In this document: positions 26,473 through 35,988 of the stretch, piece after piece
Layout of the letters: every line of letters starts with the position of its first letter
Numbering within the stretch: position 1 is the stretch's first letter
Source of the DNA: Bdellovibrionota bacterium
GTDB lineage: Bacteria; Bdellovibrionota_G; JALEGL01; DATDPG01
Reading direction: 5' to 3'
DNA length: 64,000 bases
Assembly (NCBI GenBank): GCA_963668355.1
Contig: OY764265.1
Span: forward strand, 1,184,001 to 1,248,000
The notes under the pieces: model-generated
The model's database searches: none
The model's input: the letters and a program-made list of their open reading frames with translations, nothing else
What the model was told of the DNA's origin: nothing
Program-made: the position numbers and the translations under genes

Positions 26473-28443
26473 TCACCAGTTTGTGAAAAGAATGAGGTTC
26501 TTCAAAATGTGACCGACGGCGATCATCATCATGATCCAAGCGAAGGGTCGATGAACCGTTCGCCAAAGGGCAAAAAGTCTGGACGTTACATTTAATAGAG
26601 CCGCGTTTCGTTGCAGGCGGATTTGGCTTTTCAGCAAATCCAGGAAGACGTGAACTTGGCGACCTTGAATTTTGATTTCTGAAGGAAGGCGAAGTCGGTA
26701 GGTCCACAGCATGACCCATGTACGGATGACCGAACGAATCAAAGACCAAAAGGTTGGATTCAGGCGCGCATCTTCGGTGGCCGTTTGAACAATCTTTTTC
26801 ACAAAAGCCTTTTGCGCATCGGACTGACCCAAAAGGGCGCCTAATTTTTGCGTCAGAGCTTCATCTTCTTCTTCAATGTCCCGCATGCGCAGTTCAGTCC
26901 CTGCAACCCCACGCGGTATGATTTGATAGAGGAACCGTCCGAACAGTCCACTTAAAACCACCAGTCCCAAGGCCACGATCCCGAAAGAACTGGGCTGGAA
27001 GGGAAAGACAAAAGCCGTGTGAAAGAGGATCAAAACCGATCCAAAAAATCCGCAGAAATTGTGAAAATCCAACCAGGCGGGTTCTCGGCCCAAATACTTA
27101 AAGAGGCGTGGAAACTGTTTCCGCAAGGGGTAGGCTAAGCTTCCCATGATCAGAAGAAAGCCCAAGTTTCCATAGAAGTTACAAAGTTTGGAGCCTCGAG
27201 AAAATTCCAAAACCGCATCTGAGGGGAGCCAGCCCCAGGCCTTCATGAGAAGAAGCAACGAGACGTCCGGGGATTTGGTGAGGGCAAAGGCTTCCCACGC
27301 CAGAAAGAGCGTTCCCACAAAGGCTAAGAAAACATATGTTTTTTGCAGAGCCAAATCGAACCAATTCCTCTGCAAAAGACTGTCCATGGGTTTCTGAACG
27401 CCTTTCCCGGCTCCCAGAATTCGGGGATCTTCCAGAAGTTCCGAAGCTTCTACCTCCAGAATCGCACCCGTGGGGCAATTGGCGACGCAGGCAAGATCAT
27501 CAAACCCATCACAGTGATTGCATTTGTCCGCGATGAACTTGGGTTTGACCTTTTTATGGGGATCGAGGAAACGAGAAAACACAGGAAGTGTGGGCTCAAC
27601 CTTGTGCATGAGGATGGCTCCATACTGACAAGCCGTGGCACAGGCCGAGCAGCCGATGCAATTGTCCAAAATTTCCACCTCACCCGTTTGTCGGTTGAAC
27701 ACCACAGAATCCACAGGGCAAGAGGGGATGCACGCGGGGTAGAAGCAAGTCAGGCAGCTTTTGGCAAAGTCCAGAACGCCAAACCGGGCATACCCCCGTT
27801 CAATTCGTTGAAACCCGTGCCGTTCTTCACAGGAGGTGTAGCAAATATTGCATTCGATGCATTTGTCCATTTGGGTGATTTTCACGCGAGAGCCTTGCGT
27901 GAGTTCGGTTTGGATCAAGAATTCAAGCGCGGACCGAGAATGTTTATCCTCACTGAACGTCCGGTTTCGATAGTCGACGCGATCGGCAAGTTTTTTTAAG
28001 TCATCCTTAAAGCCGGGTTGAATCTCGGCCAAGCGCTGAAGGTCTTGTCGGGAAACGACCAAGAGTTCTACCGCCGTGATGGCAGTGGCCTTCGTGGCCA
28101 CTTGTCCCCGCCAGGAGAACGCCTTATCTACAAAAAAATCGCCTTTTCGGAGAAAATTGAGCGGTTTTTGACGTGCCTCCTCGTCAAATCCTGAGATTTG
28201 CAGTTGTCCTTGCAGAAGGAAAAAGAAGTATGAGAAAACAGCCTCTCGTTTGGGAAGTTCCAGAACGGTCTCTCGGGCGGGATAGCTGCATCGATACACG
28301 CGGCCATCCAGGTGGCGCAATGAAGCCCCTGGGACTTTGCGAAACAAGCGCAAGCGTTTCAAGTCCTCTGAGGTGGCCAGAGGAAAAGAAAGGGGCTTGG
28401 ATGCCTGTTGCGAAGTTGGTTTTAAGGGCATACGTTTTCCCAT
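26473..28443 (-). CDS. cNMP-binding-like domain + 4x[4Fe-4S] ferredoxin + ferric-reductase-like cytochrome b membrane domain
   Basis: LRLFRKVP..GDFF cNMP-like fold; CIECNICYTSC, CLTCFYPACIPSCP, CIGCSACATAC, CNHCDG..CVANCP; two H-x13-H TM pairs. Start could be the second ATG (28431). Confidence 0.85.
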   Translation of the reverse strand: MGKRMPLKPTSQQASKPLSFPLATSEDLKRLRLFRKVPGASLRHLDGRVYRCSYPARETVLELPKREAVFSYFFFLLQGQLQISGFDEEARQKPLNFLRKGDFFVDKAFSWRGQVATKATAITAVELLVVSRQDLQRLAEIQPGFKDDLKKLADRVDYRNRTFSEDKHSRSALEFLIQTELTQGSRVKITQMDKCIECNICYTSCEERHGFQRIERGYARFGVLDFAKSCLTCFYPACIPSCPVDSVVFNRQTGEVEILDNCIGCSACATACQYGAILMHKVEPTLPVFSRFLDPHKKVKPKFIADKCNHCDGFDDLACVANCPTGAILEVEASELLEDPRILGAGKGVQKPMDSLLQRNWFDLALQKTYVFLAFVGTLFLAWEAFALTKSPDVSLLLLMKAWGWLPSDAVLEFSRGSKLCNFYGNLGFLLIMGSLAYPLRKQFPRLFKYLGREPAWLDFHNFCGFFGSVLILFHTAFVFPFQPSSFGIVALGLVVLSGLFGRFLYQIIPRGVAGTELRMRDIEEEDEALTQKLGALLGQSDAQKAFVKKIVQTATEDARLNPTFWSLIRSVIRTWVMLWTYRLRLPSEIKIQGRQVHVFLDLLKSQIRLQRNAALLNVTSRLFALWRTVHRPFAWIMMMIAVGHILKNLILFTNW

Positions 28444-28559
28444 TATAGGGAATGCTTGAGAAACTTGACAGAGGATTGATCCGATTTCATCTTTGATTTC
28501 AGCATGATTGGCGATGAGCCAAAAAGGAATGGAACGAAAGGGTTAAAGCAGGTGAGAAA

Positions 28560-29282
28560 ATGATCGAAGTAAATCAGCTAACCAAAAAGTATGGAGAAAT
28601 TCATGCCGTAGATGGCGTCTCGTTCAAAGTTGATGACGGAGAAATTCTTGGTTTTTTAGGACCAAACGGAGCTGGCAAGACCACCACCATGCGCATTTTA
28701 ACGGGGTTCATTCCTCCCTCATCGGGAACGGCGGTTGTGGCGGGCCACGACATCCAAGTCGAACCCCTGGAGGTCAAAAAACGAATCGGCTATTTGCCGG
28801 AAACCCCTCCGCTTTACACCGACTTAAGCGTGTCGGCCTATTTGAATTTTGTGGCCAAAATCAAACAGATTCCTTCCGAAAAGAGAGCTGAGCGCTTGGA
28901 CTGGGTATTGGAACAATGTGGGTTGAAAGATGTGCACAAGCGCGTCATCCAAAATCTTTCGAAAGGATATCGCCAGCGCGTGGGTTTGGCACAAGCCATC
29001 ATTCATGAACCAGAGGTCTTGATTTTGGATGAGCCGACGGTCGGGTTGGATCCGGCTCAAATCCGGGAAATTCGAGAGCTGATCAGAAAGTTGTCGGAAA
29101 ACCACACCATTATTTTATCCACACATATTCTTCCAGAAGTGACGCTGATCTGTAATCGGGCTGTGATCATCAATCGCGGAAAAATTGTGTTGGAAGGCAC
29201 CGTATCTGAGCTTACGGCGGAGAAAAATTTGGAAGAGGTTTTCGTCGACCTGGTTTCAAAAGGCGAAACAACCGAAGCTTAG
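28560..29282 (+). CDS. ABC transporter ATP-binding protein (GldA-like)
   Basis: GPNGAGKTT, LSKGYRQRVGLAQA, LILDEPTVGLDP. Confidence 0.93.
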   Translation: MIEVNQLTKKYGEIHAVDGVSFKVDDGEILGFLGPNGAGKTTTMRILTGFIPPSSGTAVVAGHDIQVEPLEVKKRIGYLPETPPLYTDLSVSAYLNFVAKIKQIPSEKRAERLDWVLEQCGLKDVHKRVIQNLSKGYRQRVGLAQAIIHEPEVLILDEPTVGLDPAQIREIRELIRKLSENHTIILSTHILPEVTLICNRAVIINRGKIVLEGTVSELTAEKNLEEVFVDLVSKGETTEA

Positions 29283-29299
29283 GCTAGAAGGAGAAGGAC

Positions 29300-30085
29300 A
29301 TGTCAACGACTTGGGCCATCATTCAGAAAGAAATTAAACATTATTTCGTATCTCCCATCGCCTACGTGGTGATGATGATTTATCTCACGCTGTCGGGGTA
29401 TTTCTTTTTCGTGGGGCTGAATCGATTCAGTCATGTGTATAGCGAGGCCAAAAATTCCATGCGGTTTTATCAAAATCCGCAGATCCTGGAACACATCAAC
29501 CTGAATGAGATTGTGATTGCACCGGCCTTGTTCAATATGATTTTTGTGTTTCTCTTCCTGTTGCCCTTGATCATGATGCGATCCTTTGCCGAAGAGAAAA
29601 GGGCTCGTACAGATGAACTTTTAATGACATCCCCCATCACGACGGGACAACTCGTCATGGGTAAATTCATCGGCTCCATACTTTTCATTCTGGTTTTGAT
29701 TCTGCCCACGCTGATCTATCAAGGATTTCTTTTTTATTATGCTTCCCCCGAGTGGGGGCCCGTGTTTACGGGGTATGTCGGCGTAATTTTATTTGCGATG
29801 GCAGGTGTTTCCATCGGTCTGTTTGCCTCCTCGTTGACTGAAAATCAAATCATCGCAGCGGTCATTACCTTCGTGATTTTGCTATTCATGTTCATCATCA
29901 ATTTTATTGGGCAAGCCGAGGGGACCTTTTTGTACGACATTGTTCGGTACCTTGCAGTAGCCGAGCATATTCAAAACTTACTCATGGGTGTGATCGACAC
30001 AAAAGATCTAGCGTATTTTTTAAGCATCATTCTTTTGTTTTTGTTCATGACCAAACGATCTGTGGAATCGTTCCGTTGGAGATAG
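29300..30085 (+). CDS. ABC-2 permease (GldF-like)
   Basis: KEIKHYFVSPIAY, MRSFAEEKR..TDELLMTSP, SSLTENQIIA. Confidence 0.9.
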   Translation: MSTTWAIIQKEIKHYFVSPIAYVVMMIYLTLSGYFFFVGLNRFSHVYSEAKNSMRFYQNPQILEHINLNEIVIAPALFNMIFVFLFLLPLIMMRSFAEEKRARTDELLMTSPITTGQLVMGKFIGSILFILVLILPTLIYQGFLFYYASPEWGPVFTGYVGVILFAMAGVSIGLFASSLTENQIIAAVITFVILLFMFIINFIGQAEGTFLYDIVRYLAVAEHIQNLLMGVIDTKDLAYFLSIILLFLFMTKRSVESFRWR

Positions 30086-30092
30086 GAGGACG

Positions 30093-31850
30093 ATGATGAA
30101 CGTATTATTTCAATGTTTGGGAATTACTGGATTAATCATGCTGCTCTATGGCCTTTTGGCCTTTGCAGTGACTCCCGTTGCTTCCGTTTTCTTTTGGGTT
30201 TTGGTGATTTTGGGAACGCTCTTGATCTTAACCTTTGTCATCAAGTCTTTGTCTCGGCGTTGGCAGTTGGTCACGGCGTCCTTTGTGGGCCTAAATGGCA
30301 TTTGGATTTTTCTTTCTTTTGGAGAGAAGTTGGGCTTCTGGGATGAGTTAGACTGGCGCTATCTTTTAATTGGGGCGTTTGTTCTCAATGTCATTTTTGT
30401 GGTTGCGGCCAGAAAGTTTTTGAAAGACCTGTTTGAAAAACGAGCCGTTCAACATGGTGCCAATGCCATTGTGTATTCCTTGATCTTTTTGGCCACTCTG
30501 GTGGTTTTAAATATTTTTGCCGTCGACGTGAATCGCAAATGGGATTTTACCGAAAGCTCCATCAATACGCTGAGCCAGCAATCTGTTGACCTTCTCAATC
30601 GTCTGGATGCTCCTTTGAACATCTATGTATTCGTAGATGATCAATATCCGGACAAACCACGCCTGAAAAAATTGCTCGGAATGTATGAATTTGAATCCGA
30701 TAAAGTGAACGTTGAGTTTTTGGACCCGGATCGAGAACGTCATCTGGCCGAAAAATACAAGGTGCAGAATGGCCAACTCGTTGTGGAGTATAAAAATCAG
30801 TCGCACATCACCCAAGGAACCAACGAAGAAGGGATTACGCAGGCCATTTTGAAAGTGGCTGACAAAAGAGATGCGACGATCTGCTTCGTTCAGGGTCACG
30901 GAGAGTTGGGCATCGATAGCGAAAATGATGATCCACGAAGCCTCTCCGCCGTCAACGGAGGTCTTGAAAACGAGGGATATACCACCAAAGTCGTCAACAA
31001 TATTACGGGGGGTATTCCTCAAGATTGTTCGATTCTGACGATTGCCGGCCCCACCCAAATGTATACGCCGGATGAAGTGAAGTCGGTGGAGAACTTTTTG
31101 GCCGGGGGAGGAAAGGCCATGATCCTTTTGGATCCAAACATCCCCAATCCAAAATTGAATCCAAAAACCTTCCATATTTTGCCGACGGGATTGGAACAAA
31201 CGCTCAAGAAATGGGGCGTGTTGGTTGGGCAAAACTTCATTCTGGAAAAACATTTGGAGCTTTTGCGTGGAATGACGGTGGGTCTGACCGTTATGGCACG
31301 GAACTATGGAAATCACCCCATTGTCGATCCTTTAAAAGGACGACAAACGGTGTTCCAAAATGTTCAATCCATCCAAAAGAACAAAGATTTTTCCGGAACC
31401 GCGCTTGAAATCATTTCAAGTGCAAAGGGAGATTTGAGCTGGGCGGAACAAAACATTGACCGTCTTTTAAAAGAAGGCGCGGCAGAACCGAATGCTGGAG
31501 AGCTGAAAGGGCCTGTGCCGTTTGCTGTTGCGGTTGAAAAGGATATGAAAGGGAAAGATGAATTGGATGAAAGGCAAACGCGCATTCTCGTCATCGGCGA
31601 TGCGGATTTCGCCTCCAATGGAATGGTGACCTCTTATGAGTTCAATTTTGACCTTTTCTTAAATGGTTACAATTGGCTTTCCGGACAGAAAGAAAGCATC
31701 ACCATTCGTCCAAAGCGTCTTCGGGCTTCAGCCATCGAACTAACTCCGGAACAATCTCTTCGGATTTTTCACATTGCGATTGTTGGCATCCCCATGCTGG
31801 TTCTCATCTTTGGCATGAACCTTTGGTGGTGGCGCAGACGAAAGGGGTAG
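30093..31850 (+). CDS. GldG-family ABC-associated protein with extra N-terminal TM helices
   Basis: RKWDFTE..NTLS, FVQGHGE, IAGP, VIGDADFASN, C-terminal TM + WWWRRR. Confidence 0.88.
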   Translation: MMNVLFQCLGITGLIMLLYGLLAFAVTPVASVFFWVLVILGTLLILTFVIKSLSRRWQLVTASFVGLNGIWIFLSFGEKLGFWDELDWRYLLIGAFVLNVIFVVAARKFLKDLFEKRAVQHGANAIVYSLIFLATLVVLNIFAVDVNRKWDFTESSINTLSQQSVDLLNRLDAPLNIYVFVDDQYPDKPRLKKLLGMYEFESDKVNVEFLDPDRERHLAEKYKVQNGQLVVEYKNQSHITQGTNEEGITQAILKVADKRDATICFVQGHGELGIDSENDDPRSLSAVNGGLENEGYTTKVVNNITGGIPQDCSILTIAGPTQMYTPDEVKSVENFLAGGGKAMILLDPNIPNPKLNPKTFHILPTGLEQTLKKWGVLVGQNFILEKHLELLRGMTVGLTVMARNYGNHPIVDPLKGRQTVFQNVQSIQKNKDFSGTALEIISSAKGDLSWAEQNIDRLLKEGAAEPNAGELKGPVPFAVAVEKDMKGKDELDERQTRILVIGDADFASNGMVTSYEFNFDLFLNGYNWLSGQKESITIRPKRLRASAIELTPEQSLRIFHIAIVGIPMLVLIFGMNLWWWRRRKG

Positions 31851-31852
31851 TC

Positions 31853-33664
31853 ATGGGAAAAGAGTGGATTCGTGTCGGCGTAGCCTTTCTAATCTTGGTG
31901 GGTGTGACGCTTTTTGTGTCCAACCACAAGAAAAAGAAATTTGAAAAACTGGAACAAGAGGATGCCAAAGCCAAAATCGTTCAATTGGAATCCAAAAGCA
32001 TTCATCGTGTGGATGTTGTCACAAAGGATGAAACGGTGGTTTTGCTTCGGCGTGAGAAAAAGGATGACACCTTTTTGGATCGGTGGGCCCCTCTGTCGGA
32101 AGAGTTTTTGAACGTTTCAAACTGGTGGATCAAATCGCCCAAAGAGGCTTTGGCGGACCGAACCGGAATTGAAACACTGCTTTCACATCTGGATCACTTA
32201 GAAAGCAAGAAGGTGATTGATGAGAAGGGGGAGCGTTTAAAGGAATACGACCTGGACCAGCCCCCGGTGATTCTCCGTTTGTATACGCAGACGAAAGGGA
32301 AACCAGATGAGACTCTCCTCGTTGGAGCGAAGAACGCCTCGGGGACAGGGCTTTATCTGAAAACAAGCACCTCCCCTCGAATTGTTTTGGCAGGGATGGA
32401 ACTCAATTATCTCAAAGAGCGGACGCTCTATGATTGGCGCATGAAGGAAATTTTCGGCTTTAAGAATAAGTACGATGTTCAGTCTCTGAAATTAACGACA
32501 GGACCTCGGGTGGCGGGGGCATCTTTCTTTGCGACCCAAAAAGACCGGCACTGGTTTTTGGAAAAGCCGAAAAGACTTCCGGGGGATGATGCCGTGTTGG
32601 ATCAATTGGTGGCGGTTGTCAAAGATCTGCGTGTGAAGGAGTTTGTCAGCGAGAACGCCAAGGCCGATTTAAAAAAGTATGGATTTGATCATCCCATGAT
32701 TCAAATGGACATCGATCTTAAACGAGATCAAGAAGCCGCCGTTCGCACGTTCCTGTTTACCGAATCCAAGAATCACCCGGATTTATTGGTGCAGCGTGTG
32801 GGTTTTCCTCAAATTTACGCCATTGAAAAAAGCGAAAAAGATAAGTTGTTGAAGGTTTTTTCAGATTTGGTGAGTAAACGACCGTATAAAATTTCGGCCT
32901 CTGACGTCACGAAAATTTCGGTGACCACCGCCCAGGAGAATATGGAATTTGAGAAAGAAGAGGGTGTTTGGAAATTGGTTAAGCCGACTTTGGACTTGGC
33001 CAATAATGAGGAAGTAAAAAGGCTTCTTCAAAAAGTCGTGGCGTTCAAAGCTACGGCGTATGAACCGAAAGCGCCCCCAAAGAGTAAAAAACTCTATTTG
33101 GATGTTCTCCTGACAACGGACAAGGAAACTCATCGGGCCGTCTTTACAGAGTCTGCCAAAAAGACCGATTTATGGCTCTACGCTGAAAATCCCCAGAGAG
33201 CCTATCGCATTGCCAAGAGTGCTGTGGCGTCGGTTTCCTCCATACTCAAGGCTGCCAGGGAACATCGAATGGTTCCGATGGATCTGGAACATATTTCTTC
33301 CTTTCAAATGAAAGATGGAGATGTGGAACTTTCCCTGATGCCCACTCCGGAAGACGAATGGCGTATCGGAAAAGTGGAACAGGTAAAAGCAGAACAGAAA
33401 AAGAAGCTCTCAGACTCAAAAGAAGTCGAAGCCTTGGTTAACGCCCTACTTGAGCTCAAAATGAACTCCTTTGCTTCTTATTCCGAACTGGAAAAACGAA
33501 AGATCATTTGGACCTTGGAAGTTCGTTCCAAAAAAGGAGAGGCGGTTGATTGGAAGATTGGGGAAAAGAGTGGCGGAGCTTACCCGGTGTGGTCCCCAAC
33601 ACGTAAAGCGGCCGGGTGGGTGCCTTCGAATATGATAGAGAACGTTCAAAAATATTGGCGTTGA
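31853..33664 (+). CDS. DUF4340-type repeated-domain periplasmic protein
   Basis: N-terminal TM; repeats of W..xxP...AD/GD..v..L; YGFDHP/YDLDQP motifs; follows gldG-like gene. Confidence 0.78.
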   Translation: MGKEWIRVGVAFLILVGVTLFVSNHKKKKFEKLEQEDAKAKIVQLESKSIHRVDVVTKDETVVLLRREKKDDTFLDRWAPLSEEFLNVSNWWIKSPKEALADRTGIETLLSHLDHLESKKVIDEKGERLKEYDLDQPPVILRLYTQTKGKPDETLLVGAKNASGTGLYLKTSTSPRIVLAGMELNYLKERTLYDWRMKEIFGFKNKYDVQSLKLTTGPRVAGASFFATQKDRHWFLEKPKRLPGDDAVLDQLVAVVKDLRVKEFVSENAKADLKKYGFDHPMIQMDIDLKRDQEAAVRTFLFTESKNHPDLLVQRVGFPQIYAIEKSEKDKLLKVFSDLVSKRPYKISASDVTKISVTTAQENMEFEKEEGVWKLVKPTLDLANNEEVKRLLQKVVAFKATAYEPKAPPKSKKLYLDVLLTTDKETHRAVFTESAKKTDLWLYAENPQRAYRIAKSAVASVSSILKAAREHRMVPMDLEHISSFQMKDGDVELSLMPTPEDEWRIGKVEQVKAEQKKKLSDSKEVEALVNALLELKMNSFASYSELEKRKIIWTLEVRSKKGEAVDWKIGEKSGGAYPVWSPTRKAAGWVPSNMIENVQKYWR

Positions 33665-33675
33665 AGGGAGAGTTT

Positions 33676-34062
33676 ATGAGTGATGAAAAAACAGATACGA
33701 GCAACTTTCGTGTAACGGATCGCCGTGGTGAGGCGGATCAGAAGATTGAAAAAGACGAGCCGCCAAAAGAATCCTCCTCCACGGATGCTTCTGAGAAGAT
33801 GCACAACCAAAGCATGCCGAAGATTGATTTTGCTACCTTTGTGCTCTCCTTGAGTACCTCGGCCTTGGTTCACTTGGGGCTCATTGAAGATCCACAGACG
33901 AAACAGAAAACCAAAAATATTGAAGTGGCACGCCAAGAAATCGACCTGATTGAGATGCTCAAAGAGAAAACGCAAGGCAACTTAAACTCCACAGAAGAAA
34001 AAATTTTGGAAGATGCTCTCTATCAGCTTCGACTTAGTTTTGTGGAGCAATCCCGTTCGTGA
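33676..34062 (+). CDS. DUF1844 domain protein
   Basis: IDFATFVLSLSTSALVHLG..ARQEIDLIEMLKEKTQGNL..LYQLRLSFV. Confidence 0.85.
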   Translation: MSDEKTDTSNFRVTDRRGEADQKIEKDEPPKESSSTDASEKMHNQSMPKIDFATFVLSLSTSALVHLGLIEDPQTKQKTKNIEVARQEIDLIEMLKEKTQGNLNSTEEKILEDALYQLRLSFVEQSRS

Positions 34063-35318
34063 ATAAAGAAGGATCGGGAAGACCCGATGTCCTCAATATA
34101 ATCTGGCTTTCTTTTTTCCTGGTTTCTGCGGTTTTTGCACTGGTTCGAGCGCTCACTGGCGAAACGACGATTTTCAGCGAAATCATGCAGGCCACCTTCT
34201 CTATGGCCAAGGTGGGTTTTGAAATTGCACTTTTTTTGACGGGGGTGTTGGCCCTTTGGTTGGGAATCATGCGTGTGGGTGAAAAAGGGGGGGCCGTAGA
34301 CTTCTTGACCCGTTTTCTACGTCCCTTGTTTCGCAAACTTATGCCCGAAGTGCCGAGTCAACACCCCGCCTTGGGCAGCATCGTCATGAATATGGCTGCC
34401 AATATGATGGGACTGGATAATGCGGCCACGCCCATCGGATTGAAAGCCATGGAAGAGTTACAAGAGTTGAATCCCGAAAAAGACCGCGCCACGAACGCGC
34501 AGATTCTTTTTTTGGTTATCAATACCTCCTCTGTAACGCTTTTACCCATCACCATTTTTGCCTATCGAGCCCAGCAAGGGGCCGCACAACCCACAGATGT
34601 TTTCATTCCGATTTTATTGGCCACCTACGTTTCCACCTTGACCGGTCTTCTGGCCGTGTCGGTGATGCAAAAGATCAACCTCTTTAATAAAGTGGTGATG
34701 GCCTATTTGTTAACGTTCACGGCGGTTGTCATCGGAATCCTGGGATATTTCTCTTCGATTTCCCAAGCGGAAATGGAACGTCAGTCCGCGTTCTTGAGCA
34801 ATTTCATTTTATTTGGCTTGGTCATTTCTTTCTTGGTCGCCGCCACTTTCAAACGCGTCAATGTGTACGAAGCCTTCATTGAAGGGGCCAAAGAAGGGTT
34901 TTCGATTGCCATTCGCATTGTTCCCTATTTGGTCGCGATGCTGGTGGCCATTGGCGTGTTTAGAGCTTCGGGGGCCATGGGAGCGTTTGTGGACGCCGTC
35001 GGAAGCTTTGTGGCCTGGGTTGGGGGAGATACCTCGTTTGTGGAGGCTTTGCCCACAGCATTCATGAAGCCGCTGTCGGGCAGTGGCGCCCGTGCGATGA
35101 TGGTGGAAGCCATGCAAACTCATGGCGCGGATTCGTTTGTGGGCCGACTGGCTTCGGTTATTCAGGGAAGCACCGAAACCACGTTCTATGTGTTGGCAGT
35201 GTATTTTGGGTCGGTGGGCATTCGCCGCACACGCCATGCCGTGACCTGCGGATTATTGGCTGACTTGGGTGGCGTGGTGGCCGCCATAGGCTTGGCCTAC
35301 TTCTTTTTCGGTTCGTAA
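34059..35318 (+). CDS. SpmA/SpmB-fusion membrane protein (nucleoside recognition Gate domains)
   Basis: NMMGLDNAATPIGLKAM, EAFIEGAKEGF, KPLSGSGA, QGSTETTFYVLAVYFGSVGI. Confidence 0.92.
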   Translation: MNKEGSGRPDVLNIIWLSFFLVSAVFALVRALTGETTIFSEIMQATFSMAKVGFEIALFLTGVLALWLGIMRVGEKGGAVDFLTRFLRPLFRKLMPEVPSQHPALGSIVMNMAANMMGLDNAATPIGLKAMEELQELNPEKDRATNAQILFLVINTSSVTLLPITIFAYRAQQGAAQPTDVFIPILLATYVSTLTGLLAVSVMQKINLFNKVVMAYLLTFTAVVIGILGYFSSISQAEMERQSAFLSNFILFGLVISFLVAATFKRVNVYEAFIEGAKEGFSIAIRIVPYLVAMLVAIGVFRASGAMGAFVDAVGSFVAWVGGDTSFVEALPTAFMKPLSGSGARAMMVEAMQTHGADSFVGRLASVIQGSTETTFYVLAVYFGSVGIRRTRHAVTCGLLADLGGVVAAIGLAYFFFGS

Positions 35319-35338
35319 AATCGGACTTTAAACCCGGC

Positions 35339-35367
35339 TTGACACGACGCACCGCACCATTTATAAC
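35339..35367 (+). promoter_or_regulatory. Near-consensus sigma70 promoter
   Basis: TTGACA-N17-TATAAC. Confidence 0.65.
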
Positions 35368-35395
35368 CTCGCCAGGCTATTTTGGGAGAAGATGA

Positions 35396-35923
35396 ATGAA
35401 CAACACCAGAAAACTTTTTAACCCCCTGTTTTTATTTGGGATTCTTTTTGTTTTTCCAGCCCAGTCCTTTGCGAAGGATGTAGGCGTTTTGGTGTTCGAC
35501 ACGCCTTCCCGGGGTGGCGAGCAGATTTCATCGTGTTTTCTCAGAGTGAATCCGGATCAGACGGTGGTGGCCATTCTCCATACGAGATATTCCGGAAACC
35601 AGGCGTTTTTGGATTTTGAAGAAAACCAAGAATACCCGTTTTCTGAGCCTCTTCGTGTGTTGGAATCCGAGGTCATTGACGAATTGACCACGCTCCATTC
35701 ATTTGCAGACATTGTCGGTGGCCAAAACGAAATTTATTTTAATTGTCCGACGGGAAAAAGCTTCTTATGCGCGAGGGTACGTGAAAGCGGTCGGATTGAA
35801 ATGGCTTCGCATGCATATGGAACATGCAAACTCTTCGGTCATCAGAAAGCGGGGGAAGATCTGCAAATTTCTTTGTGGATTCATGACCCTCATAACGTCT
35901 GCTTTCTGGCGGACGACGAGTAG
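35396..35923 (+). CDS. Hypothetical secreted protein (175 aa)
   Basis: Signal peptide ending PAQSFA; GGAGA SD; has its own promoter. Confidence 0.7.
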   Translation: MNNTRKLFNPLFLFGILFVFPAQSFAKDVGVLVFDTPSRGGEQISSCFLRVNPDQTVVAILHTRYSGNQAFLDFEENQEYPFSEPLRVLESEVIDELTTLHSFADIVGGQNEIYFNCPTGKSFLCARVRESGRIEMASHAYGTCKLFGHQKAGEDLQISLWIHDPHNVCFLADDE

Positions 35924-35988
35924 GAAATTCGACCAAAAAAGGTCTCTCCATGGTTGACAGAGGGTCTTGCTGACCCTTTATTCAATAC

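Noticed and set aside
28560..33664. GldAFG-like operon as evidence for Bacteroidetes-type gliding
   Set aside because: This ABC module with DUF4340 is widespread in non-gliding bacteria, and no other gld/spr genes are present
34080..34105. Possible 1-nt deletion at the spmAB start (ATGTCCTCAAT would read MVLN with one extra G)
   Set aside because: The frame is intact from GTG 34059, which overlaps the upstream stop, so no pseudogene call is needed
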